DNA of 64,000 nucleotides, taken from the IMG/VR virus record IMGVR_UViG_3300037042_002251. One strand, given 5' to 3'. Positions 36,976 through 45,222 of this stretch are shown one piece after another. A program made the position numbers and the translations under genes. Below the pieces are notes generated by a model. It saw nothing but the letters and a program-made list of their open reading frames with translations, did no database searches and was not told the DNA's origin. Each line of letters begins with the position of its first letter. The stretch's first letter is position 1. Source of the stretch: an uncultured virus (IMG/VR IMGVR_UViG_3300037042_002251) (lineage: Duplodnaviria; Heunggongvirae; Uroviricota; Caudoviricetes).

Positions 36976-37361
36976 TGCCGATAGTCAATGGACGAAACGT
37001 AGGCTTCGCGCAGGCGGCAAATGCCGCTGTGAACAATACGGAGTTCACCGGGAACATCCTCCCGCTGAACGCCTTCACGACGACTGCGCTGGAAACTCCG
37101 CAGATGACCCGTCTCTCGTTCTGGGTTCTCCAGACGGCGGGGGTCAACTCCATCTCCGTGCAGCCTCTCGTCGCGTTCCGGCGTGGCAACAACAACATCC
37201 TCACGTTCGTTCCGGCAGTTCCTCCGGTGTTGACCGTGCCGGGCGTTCCGACCCTCATCACCATCAACGTGCTGTGTGTCGAGGCTATCGCTCTGGGCCT
37301 CACGAACACGGGTGCTGCTGGAAACGTGGCTGCCCAGTACGCGCTGTCCGGCTCCGGGTAG
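36975..37361 (+). CDS. small beta-rich structural protein (penton or spike candidate)
   Basis: 128 aa, nearly uncharged, beta pattern. Confidence 0.55.
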   Translation: MPIVNGRNVGFAQAANAAVNNTEFTGNILPLNAFTTTALETPQMTRLSFWVLQTAGVNSISVQPLVAFRRGNNNILTFVPAVPPVLTVPGVPTLITINVLCVEAIALGLTNTGAAGNVAAQYALSGSG

Positions 37362-37367
37362 TCCGTC

Positions 37368-38048
37368 ATGGGCACCATCGCGGGCCGTAGGGTCATCATT
37401 CTCGGAGACTCTCACGTCGATGGTTCGACGTTCGGGAAGTCGCTGGAGAAGATGCTTGCGGCGAATGGTGCCTCCGTCACTCGGTACGGGTGGGGCGGCT
37501 CTGCGGCTCGGACGTGGATTGCAGGGCAGCCCATCTTCAAGAAGCAGTACACGCTGGAGCAGGTTCGCTCCGGAGGTCCGTTCGACATCGCCATCGTGAG
37601 CCTCGGGACGAACGATGGGGCGAACGCTGGCGTCAACACGCAGGACGCGAGCGCACTCTCCCGAGAGGCGGACAAGTCCATCGGCCAAATCAAACAGGTC
37701 ATGGACGCGACCCGAGCCCCCATCGTGTGGTGGGTCGAACCCCCGAGGATGGGCGACAAGGTCAAGCACTACACCAACTACAACATCGACTTCGTGCGGA
37801 AAGCGGGCCGGAGTGCCTTCGGCTCCCGCAGCATCGACTCGACCGTTGTAGGCACTCCGGACGGTGACGGAGTGCACCTCGGGGGACGAGGCGGACAGGC
37901 GTGGGCACAGGTGGTCTACGACCGGGTCACCTCGGAGACGGGCTTGATGCCCGGTGGGTCCGGGGCTCTCTGGTGGACGTTCGGGATTGCCTTCGCCGCC
38001 GTACTCGGAGCGGTCGTGTGGCGTGTGAGGAGGAGTGATGGCGGCTGA
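37368..38048 (+). CDS. SGNH/GDSL hydrolase with C-terminal TM
   Basis: ILGDSH, SLGTND, DGVH blocks. Confidence 0.88.
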   Translation: MGTIAGRRVIILGDSHVDGSTFGKSLEKMLAANGASVTRYGWGGSAARTWIAGQPIFKKQYTLEQVRSGGPFDIAIVSLGTNDGANAGVNTQDASALSREADKSIGQIKQVMDATRAPIVWWVEPPRMGDKVKHYTNYNIDFVRKAGRSAFGSRSIDSTVVGTPDGDGVHLGGRGGQAWAQVVYDRVTSETGLMPGGSGALWWTFGIAFAAVLGAVVWRVRRSDGG

Positions 38049-38649
38049 ACTTTCCAAGGCCCAGCGCATCTCGCAGGCGTACCCGAGGATGGCTCCCTAC
38101 GCCGACCTCATCGTCGAGACCTCCGGGCGTCTCGGCTTCGACCCTGCGTGGCTCGCGAACATCATTCACCTTGAGAGCGGAGGGAACCCGCAGGCGCGAA
38201 ACCCGACCTCTCGGGCCACGGGCCTCATTCAGTTCATGCCGTGCCCGACGTGTACTGCGGAGGGCCTTGGCACGACGATTGACGCGCTCTACCAGATGGA
38301 TGGGCGTCAGCAGATGCCCTACGTCGAGCGGTACTTCGTCAACGTGATGAAGCGGCACGGTCCGCTCCGTTCGCAGGAAGATGTCATCGCTGCGGTGTTC
38401 TTCCCGGCCTACATCGGAAAGCCCCTTGCTCCAATGTCTGCCAAGGTGCAGGCGCAGAACCCGGGCATCACGACCATCCGGGACTACACCAACAAGTTGG
38501 TGAGCAAGGCCCGTCTCCCTGCGGAGGGCATCGGGTTCGACACGGTCGCCACGTTCGCGGCGAACTACTGGTGGATTGCCGTTATCGGAGCCGCTGGGAT
38601 TGCCGGGGCCCTCATCTACCGGAAGCGCAAGGCCGAGGCTGATGAGTAG
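38038..38649 (+). CDS. lytic transglycosylase (SLT-like) with C-terminal TM
   Basis: IIHLESGGNPQARN...ATGLIQFMP. Confidence 0.88.
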   Translation: MAAELSKAQRISQAYPRMAPYADLIVETSGRLGFDPAWLANIIHLESGGNPQARNPTSRATGLIQFMPCPTCTAEGLGTTIDALYQMDGRQQMPYVERYFVNVMKRHGPLRSQEDVIAAVFFPAYIGKPLAPMSAKVQAQNPGITTIRDYTNKLVSKARLPAEGIGFDTVATFAANYWWIAVIGAAGIAGALIYRKRKAEADE

Positions 38650-39199
38650 CCCCCGTCTCGACATCTCCGTCCTCTCCGCGAAGCAAGAGGAGATGGCGTA
38701 CCTCATTCGCCGGATGTTCCTCGAAGCGGGCTTCTCGGAGTGGGTCGCTGCGGCAGCGGTGGTCAATGCGTTCCGGGAATCATCCCTCGACCCGAAATCC
38801 AAGTCCAAGACGGGCCGCTATCGGGGCCTGTTCATGCTCTCTCCGGACATTCTCAAGTCCGATTGGGCCCGAGAGCAGCCCGACCTGAACACGCTCGCCA
38901 TCATCGACGAGACCTTCAAGGCGAAGAAGTTCATGGCGGTTGCGGAGAGCGAAGACCTCTTCGAGTTGGTCGAGGCGTTCTCGACCTACGTGGAGCGTCC
39001 CAAGGACAAGGACATCGAAGCGTCCATGCGTATCGAGCGGTCCCTGCTCCTCTACCCGGACAACCTCGTTGAACGGGACAAGAAGGCCCCCGTAGTCGTA
39101 GCGGAGAAGGTGCAGAACGACCCCATGATGTGGTGGATTGGGGCTCTACTCCTCGCCGGAGTGGGCATCGTGGCGTTCAAGAAGTGGGGAAAGAGGTAG
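38642..39199 (+). CDS. phage tail lysozyme-like protein with C-terminal TM
   Basis: AAAVVNAFRESSLDP...GLF...YVERP. Confidence 0.7.
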   Translation: MSSPRLDISVLSAKQEEMAYLIRRMFLEAGFSEWVAAAAVVNAFRESSLDPKSKSKTGRYRGLFMLSPDILKSDWAREQPDLNTLAIIDETFKAKKFMAVAESEDLFELVEAFSTYVERPKDKDIEASMRIERSLLLYPDNLVERDKKAPVVVAEKVQNDPMMWWIGALLLAGVGIVAFKKWGKR

Positions 39200-39249
39200 C
39201 ACTCCAGTTGGGGGCCCTCGACAGCGGCTCCGGAGGCTTGTGTTACCCT
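39197..39249 (+). promoter_or_regulatory. late-class promoter
   Basis: TAGCACTC at 39197; TGT-TACCCT with the -10 starting 47 bp later. Confidence 0.6.
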
Positions 39250-39278
39250 CTGGGCTGACATCCACGAGGATTCCCCCT

Positions 39279-40724
39279 ATGGCCCGTTCTGCTTCTTCTC
39301 CGTCCGCCAAGCGTGCCATGAAGGGCCGCTACCTTCAGTACAAGAACCCCTCCGACGCGATGGAGCGTGAGGTCGTTCGCCTTGGAGACCTCCTCGATGA
39401 CTACTCGGGCGGAGAGTCGGGCGACCTCGATTACATCTTCGGTTCGGCTCCGGTGGCTGACCGCCTCGATGCCGCTGTTGCGGCCTGTCAGGAGTACGAC
39501 GTTCCGGATGAGGAGTTGATGGCGGCTCGAAAGATGCTCGGCCTCAAGTCCAACCCCCGTTCTGCTTCTTCTCCGTCCGCCAAGCGTGCCACGAAGCCCG
39601 CTGGTCGCCGTTCCATGTCTCCGGAGCAGCGTCACCGGGCCGACCTCGTAGACCAGATGGTCGCGACGGGTCGCTACACGCGTGCTGTTGCGGAGCGCAT
39701 CCTTGACCGGATGCCCCATGCTCTCGACCCCATTCCGGCCCGAGTGACGGAGTCGGTCGAGGTCACGACGGGGTTTGGGACGAAGTGGACGTACGCTCTG
39801 CACAAGGTCGCTGGCGGCTACACCGTGACCTTCCGCCCCGTGGACGTGGACGCTCGCCGCAAGAGCGGCACGGGAAGCACGGGTGGTTTCATCTCCGGCA
39901 CGACCCTCTCGGGCATCCCGAAGGTCTACCGCACGCAGAAGGAAGCCTACGAGGCTGTGGTCGCCCACGCGGGTCGTGGGCAGTACCTCCTCAAGAAGAA
40001 CCCCTACCGTGAGTTGGAGTTCCGTGGGATGCGCCGTGGCATGGAGGCCATCCCGCTGAAGGTGGTCAAGGCCAAGTCCAACGTGCAGGCGATGGGTCGT
40101 TCCTACGCAAAGCACATGGAAGAGGCGGACCGTGCGGACAACCTCGCGCTGAAGCAGAAGCACCGTGCCAAGGCGTTCGAGGTCGAGAGGGACGCCGGAG
40201 CGTTCATCGAGGACATCGCGGAGCAGGTGGACGAGAGCAGCCAGCGTCAGGCCAAGGGCATCCTCTACAGCGAGTTCCGTGCCTACTCCGGGATGACCCG
40301 AAACCCCCGCACGTTCCGTGGGGTGAAGCGTGCCGGAAAGAAGGTAGCGGGAAGTGCTCCGGGCAAGGGCCGGGGCAAGGTTGACTACAAGGGCTGGCTC
40401 GGTTCGGCCCAGCGCCAGCGTGCGGAGTTGGCCTACTACAAGCAGATGATGCCCGACCTGCCCAAGGGCTTCATCGAGAGCCTCGATTACAATGACCTCC
40501 GGGGCTTGCTGGAGGAGCGTGGCGTCTCTGAGTTCCGTTTCACCAAGTCCAACCCGCTGGGTAAGACGACCCGGACTGCGGAGCAGAAGGAAAGGGTCAA
40601 GGCTATCAAGGACCTGTACCGGTCTCTGGAGCGCCCGTCTCTTGCCGATTTGATGCGCCAGAAGAAGGGTCTTCCGCCGCTCCGTTCTGGTGGGACGAAG
40701 GCCCCGTCCAAGAAGCGCCGCTGA
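39279..40724 (+). CDS. basic NP-motif protein (candidate core polyprotein)
   Basis: YKNP, KSNP, KKNP, TRNP, KSNP. Confidence 0.85.
   Translation: MARSASSPSAKRAMKGRYLQYKNPSDAMEREVVRLGDLLDDYSGGESGDLDYIFGSAPVADRLDAAVAACQEYDVPDEELMAARKMLGLKSNPRSASSPSAKRATKPAGRRSMSPEQRHRADLVDQMVATGRYTRAVAERILDRMPHALDPIPARVTESVEVTTGFGTKWTYALHKVAGGYTVTFRPVDVDARRKSGTGSTGGFISGTTLSGIPKVYRTQKEAYEAVVAHAGRGQYLLKKNPYRELEFRGMRRGMEAIPLKVVKAKSNVQAMGRSYAKHMEEADRADNLALKQKHRAKAFEVERDAGAFIEDIAEQVDESSQRQAKGILYSEFRAYSGMTRNPRTFRGVKRAGKKVAGSAPGKGRGKVDYKGWLGSAQRQRAELAYYKQMMPDLPKGFIESLDYNDLRGLLEERGVSEFRFTKSNPLGKTTRTAEQKERVKAIKDLYRSLERPSLADLMRQKKGLPPLRSGGTKAPSKKRR
39283..39591 (+). repeat. 36-bp exact direct repeat (39283-39318 and 39556-39591)
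   Basis: CCCGTTCTGCTTCTTCTCCGTCCGCCAAGCGTGCCA occurs twice. Confidence 0.95.
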
Positions 40725-42844
40725 TGCACGACCACTCCCTCAAGGTCGGAGACCCCGTCACGGTCGATGGTCGTGAGGGGGTCGTCGTACGCTTGACCGG
40801 TCAAGGCATGGTGGACGTGCAGTTCAAGGACGCTCGCTGGGTCGAGCGAAAGAAGGGAACGATGCTCCGTCGGCGCAATCCTCGGAAGGACGACATCTAC
40901 GATTGGCAGAAGGAGCAGTTCCGCGCTGTCGTCTCCGGCATTTACGAGGGCCTCCGCAAGAAGGGCGTCTCGGCGGACGAAGCACGGAAGCGTTCGTACG
41001 CCATCGCGACCCGTGTGGGACAGCGGGACGGCTGGCTTGAGCCCGGCACGCAGACGCCCACCGCGAAGGGCGTGGCCATGTCTCTTGCTCGCCTCGGACA
41101 GCAGGAGACCGCGCAGGCCATGCTCTCCGGGGACACGAAGCGCCAGAAGTTGGCGTCCAAGAAGTCCCGGGCCGGGTACGGCGGGCGTCGTCAGGCGTAC
41201 GAGGGGATGCTCGCGGAGGGTCGTGCGAACTACTACCGCATGACCCGTGAAGTTCGTGGCGGGAAGGCTGTGTACGTCATCCAGCCCGGAGACAAGGTCT
41301 ACGTCCGCAAGGCTGTGGCCGAGGCGAAGTTGGCGGAGTTGAACGCCGCCCCCGCTGCGTCCCGTCGTGTCGCCAACCCGAAGTCGCTGTTCCAGCAGGG
41401 TGTTGCGGAGGGCCGTGACATCGCCCAGCGTCGTCGGGCCAAGACGGGCGCGGGCAAGATGAAGCAAATCGGTATCGCGGGTGTCCGCTCCGATTGGAAG
41501 GAAACTCGGGCCCGGCCCGCGACCTTCCACGAGCAGATGGAGACCAACTTCACGCCCACCATCCTCTCCGCAGTTCTTCCGCTGGAAGACCCGGACGGCG
41601 TTGGGTACTTCATCCTGACCTACGACCCCCGGAACCGGGCCATCCCGCGCATCGTCTCCGAGGTCGGCGGTTGGCAGTTCGCTCCGAACCTCACGCACGT
41701 CGCACGTGAGCAAACGGTCAGCCTTGAGGTGACGGGCCGTGGGGGCATCACTCGGCGCATCCCCAAGGTGCACGATGTCATCGCGCTTCGTCCTCGCCAG
41801 AAGACCGGTGAGTTCGCAGAGCGGCTCTACTCCGTGACCGGTCCTCGGGCGAAGCCCAAGGACGTGTTCGAGTCGAGGGAGCAGGCCGAAGCCCACGCGC
41901 ACGACCTTGACGTGAAGTTGGCGTACGGTACGACCCCGGAGACGCACACCATTCAGCGTCTTCCGGACGGCACCTACGAGTTGCACGGTCCGCTCGTGTC
42001 GCGTGCGCTTCCCCGGGAGAGCCTCGTGAACGAGGAAGACCACTTCCCCCGGTACTACGAAGAAGGGGACGCCATCGCGGAGGCCCGTCGCCTCGACCAG
42101 ATGGAGTCGCAGTCTGGTGTCGCTCCGCTCGCCGCGTACCGTACGCGTGTTGGCTCGGACATCGAGGATGCCGTTGAAGCAGCGGGCCGCTTGCTGAACA
42201 CGATGGACGACCAGCGCATCTTCTTGGCCCGGAGGCCGACGGACACGGACTACACCGTGATGCGCCGTGGGTTGCCCCCGGAGCCCCCGGACCCGGCCTT
42301 CCTCGGGATGGACGAGGCGGCAATCCGTCGTTCGCTCCGTGGCACGGGCCGTCTCACCGCAGCCCAGATTGACAGCATCATCCAGCAGGAGATGCAGCGG
42401 AGGAAGTCCTTCGAGATTCGCACCGCTCGCCGTCTCCGCCTTGAGGCGACCCGTCCGGAGCGTCCGTCCAAGACCCGGAAGGGCGGTCGTGTCTCGGAGG
42501 AGAGGGTCTCCGGCATCGTCGAGGAGCGTGTGGCTCCCCCGAAGCAGGTTGCCCAGATGAGCGACGAGGAACTCCGTGCTGCCATCAAGGCGCGGTACAA
42601 GAAGAACAGCCCCATCGCGGCGGTCGCCGTGTACGGCACCCGAGCCTTTCAGGCGACCCGGGCGTTCATCATGTCTCCGCAGGGCAAGGCGTTCGCACTT
42701 CAGGTCGCGACGCTCGCCATGAGCATGTTCGGAGACAAGCCCCTCACCCAGCGTGAGAAGGCTCTCGTGGCGGAGAAGGTGTCGGAGAAGACGGGCGTTG
42801 AGGTGCCGGTGGAGACCGTCTCGGCTGCCCTCAAGGTGGCGTGA
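40724..42844 (+). CDS. basic NP-motif protein with N-terminal SH3/KOW-like segment
   Basis: LKVGDPVTVDGREGVV...; RRRNP, RRVANP, KKNSP. Confidence 0.82.
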   Translation: MHDHSLKVGDPVTVDGREGVVVRLTGQGMVDVQFKDARWVERKKGTMLRRRNPRKDDIYDWQKEQFRAVVSGIYEGLRKKGVSADEARKRSYAIATRVGQRDGWLEPGTQTPTAKGVAMSLARLGQQETAQAMLSGDTKRQKLASKKSRAGYGGRRQAYEGMLAEGRANYYRMTREVRGGKAVYVIQPGDKVYVRKAVAEAKLAELNAAPAASRRVANPKSLFQQGVAEGRDIAQRRRAKTGAGKMKQIGIAGVRSDWKETRARPATFHEQMETNFTPTILSAVLPLEDPDGVGYFILTYDPRNRAIPRIVSEVGGWQFAPNLTHVAREQTVSLEVTGRGGITRRIPKVHDVIALRPRQKTGEFAERLYSVTGPRAKPKDVFESREQAEAHAHDLDVKLAYGTTPETHTIQRLPDGTYELHGPLVSRALPRESLVNEEDHFPRYYEEGDAIAEARRLDQMESQSGVAPLAAYRTRVGSDIEDAVEAAGRLLNTMDDQRIFLARRPTDTDYTVMRRGLPPEPPDPAFLGMDEAAIRRSLRGTGRLTAAQIDSIIQQEMQRRKSFEIRTARRLRLEATRPERPSKTRKGGRVSEERVSGIVEERVAPPKQVAQMSDEELRAAIKARYKKNSPIAAVAVYGTRAFQATRAFIMSPQGKAFALQVATLAMSMFGDKPLTQREKALVAEKVSEKTGVEVPVETVSAALKVA

Positions 42845-43236
42845 TGCGTCGTTTCCGCCCTTCCGACTACTCCGCTGCGGACGCCGCTGCGGGAGCCGCT
42901 GCTGGGGCGGCGGGTGGCGCTATGGACTTTGCTCCGTGGCTCTCGGCGGCGAAGGGTCTCTTCTCGCTCGGAGAGGGGGCGTTCGACTACTACAAGACGA
43001 AGAAGGTCGTGGGGCAGCAGTTGGTCGCGGGCCAGCAGCAGTACACCGCCACGATGGAGCAAATCAAGGCGGGGCGGGAACAGGCCGCGCTGAACTTGAT
43101 TCAGTCTCAGAAGGACGCGGAGAGCCAGCGTAGGACCATCTCGCTGGTCGTACCGGCGTTCCTCATCATCGCGGTCATCGGAGTAGCCGCGAAGGTCTAC
43201 CTCTCGACCACCTCGAAGGAAGAGGTGGAAGAGTGA
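42844..43236 (+). CDS. coiled-coil protein with C-terminal TM
   Basis: DYS-ending leader, Q-rich helix, TM. Confidence 0.75.
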   Translation: MRRFRPSDYSAADAAAGAAAGAAGGAMDFAPWLSAAKGLFSLGEGAFDYYKTKKVVGQQLVAGQQQYTATMEQIKAGREQAALNLIQSQKDAESQRRTISLVVPAFLIIAVIGVAAKVYLSTTSKEEVEE

Positions 43237-43613
43237 ACCGCGCCTTTCAGCCCTCGCCGCACTCCTCCGAGTACGGCGAACCCATCTCTGCCACGTTTTT
43301 GATTCTTGCTGGCATTGGTGCGGCGGGCGGTATTGGAGCAGGAGCGTTCAAGTACGCCGGGGCCAAGAAAGTGGCCGCTGCGGAGCGTGTCAGTCAGGCC
43401 CGGGACGAGGTCTTGGCGAAAGAGGCCATCAAGTCGCAAGAGCGGGTCGCCCAGTTGCAGACCCTCGTGGGGCTCAAGGAGCAGCAGGCTGCGGAGCGGT
43501 CCCAGCAGTACCTTCTGAAGGGCGTGCTCATCGTCGCAGCGGTCGTGGGTCTCGGCTACGCGGGCCTCAAGGCCCTAAAGTCGAACGCGGAAGCCGAGGT
43601 CGATGCCGAGTAG
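43233..43613 (+). CDS. two-TM coiled-coil protein
   Basis: EYG-ending leader; TM-helix-TM. Confidence 0.75.
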   Translation: MNRAFQPSPHSSEYGEPISATFLILAGIGAAGGIGAGAFKYAGAKKVAAAERVSQARDEVLAKEAIKSQERVAQLQTLVGLKEQQAAERSQQYLLKGVLIVAAVVGLGYAGLKALKSNAEAEVDAE

Positions 43614-43868
43614 GGACTGAAGCATGTTGCAGCCCTCCGCAACATCCTTTGCGTAGTCCTCCATCGACTGACCTTCTGGCTTCTTGGCCCCGAAGTGGCA
43701 GACCTCCGGCCTCGTCTCGTAGATGGTACAGAGGTCGGTCCGCTCGTCGAGGAAGATGCAGGTCACTCCGTCGATAGAGGGGTGACCCCACTTTCCGGCC
43801 ACACGACAACACGCTCCGCAACGAGTGCAGGGAAACCCTGTGTCGCTGCGGAGCGTGCTGGTGTTCAT
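43575..43868 (-). CDS. YkgJ-family cysteine-cluster protein
   Basis: FPCTRCGACC...CIFLD...CTIYETRPEVC. Confidence 0.85.
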   Translation of the reverse strand: MNTSTLRSDTGFPCTRCGACCRVAGKWGHPSIDGVTCIFLDERTDLCTIYETRPEVCHFGAKKPEGQSMEDYAKDVAEGCNMLQSLLGIDLGFRVRL

Positions 43869-43876
43869 CAGGGAAA

Positions 43877-45145
43877 TCAGCGACGCTTCTTCGCGACGCC
43901 CTTCAGAGCCTCAGACATCGAGGAGTACTTGCCCGCATGGTACGCCTTGGCAGCCTCCTGCATGAGGTTCTGACCCTTGGCGAGACCTGCCGCACGACGG
44001 GACGAGGCACCCTTGCGGGGGTTGTCCATGTACTTCTTGGCTCCGCCCACGGCGCGGCTGCTCTGGTCAACGACTTCCTCTGCCCCGCTCAGTTTTGCGC
44101 TACGGACCGCTTCCTCGTAGGTGAGGGCTTCTCCCCTCTGCACGTCCACGCTGTTCGCGTCCCGAATAGCCATCTTGCGGCCTTGATGGCCCGGCAAGTA
44201 CACGACAACGAACCCGTGTGACTTGACCTTGCTCTTCTTACGGCGGGGGTTGTCCATCATCTCCTCGTACGCGCCCACGCGACCGGCGCGAGCCTCACGA
44301 GCCTTGCGCTCGCGAGCGGTCTCCTTGCGAGCCGCGACCTTGCCACCAGCGAGGCGGGTCTGGGTCGGGTGGAGGTCGGAGCCACGACGGAAGTTCGTCA
44401 CGTCGGCAGGGCCGAACACGCCGGAACGCTCAAGCGCGCCGGTCAGGCCACGCTTGTACTGGATGCCCTCGCGCTTCTCGCGACGACCAACGAACTGACC
44501 CTCACGGCCACCCGTAAGCATGACGTGCTTGGTGCGCTTCGAGGCCGAGGAGGGCTTGATGTTGCGCTCCGCGAACGCGGCCTTCTGACCAGCGGCGAGG
44601 CGGAACACCTTGATGCAGCGGTAGCAGGTCACCAACTTCGCGTCGGAGGGGTGGATGTTCCCCTTGTTGCCCTTGCCCGCCCCGCACATGGCGTAGCCCG
44701 TCTTGGGATTGAGAGCGTGGGTACGCTCGCCCGTGTTGAAGTGGGCGCGAGCCGCCGCGCCACCAGCGAGGGCACGAGCGCCGCTGGTACGACCGGAGAC
44801 ACGGATGACGGGGACGTTGACCTCGATGCCGTAGGGATTCTCGACGTACTCGAAGCCGTAGGGATTGTGGCGGGTATGACGCATGGGATGGAACTCCGTA
44901 GGATTGGCGGCAACCCGCCGAGAGGTGGTCTTCTCCGTCCAGAAGGACCGGAGTTCGGGGTACCGAGCGAGGACCGCCTTGACCACACGGTCTCGATAGG
45001 CGGAGTTGCTCGGAGAAAGAACGTAGATGAGGGCGAGGCGACCGTGGTACAGGTCGTAAATCGGGTACTTCCTTTCCCCCGGGATAGCGAAGGCGGACGC
45101 AGACAGCGCCGCTCGCTTCTTCGGGGTCAGGACCGACTTCCGCAT
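43877..45145 (-). CDS. very basic NP-motif protein
   Basis: Six NP motifs; N-terminal FAIPGERKYPIYD domain; GAGGT upstream. Confidence 0.85.
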   Translation of the reverse strand: MRKSVLTPKKRAALSASAFAIPGERKYPIYDLYHGRLALIYVLSPSNSAYRDRVVKAVLARYPELRSFWTEKTTSRRVAANPTEFHPMRHTRHNPYGFEYVENPYGIEVNVPVIRVSGRTSGARALAGGAAARAHFNTGERTHALNPKTGYAMCGAGKGNKGNIHPSDAKLVTCYRCIKVFRLAAGQKAAFAERNIKPSSASKRTKHVMLTGGREGQFVGRREKREGIQYKRGLTGALERSGVFGPADVTNFRRGSDLHPTQTRLAGGKVAARKETARERKAREARAGRVGAYEEMMDNPRRKKSKVKSHGFVVVYLPGHQGRKMAIRDANSVDVQRGEALTYEEAVRSAKLSGAEEVVDQSSRAVGGAKKYMDNPRKGASSRRAAGLAKGQNLMQEAAKAYHAGKYSSMSEALKGVAKKRR

Positions 45146-45168
45146 GTTACCTCGGTGACGCTCTGCAA

Positions 45169-45222
45169 AGGCTACTCCGTAGATGAACACGGCAACAACG
45201 AATCGCCCCGGTTCGAGTGCTA
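45169..45222 (-). promoter_or_regulatory. late-class promoter (minus strand)
   Basis: TAGCACTC starts at 45222; TAGCCT starts at 45174, 48 bp downstream. Confidence 0.7.

Noticed and set aside
39283..39591. 36-bp repeat as DGR template/variable repeat or att site
   Set aside because: Copies are identical and in frame within one gene, with no adenine-specific differences. No reverse transcriptase or integrase is seen.
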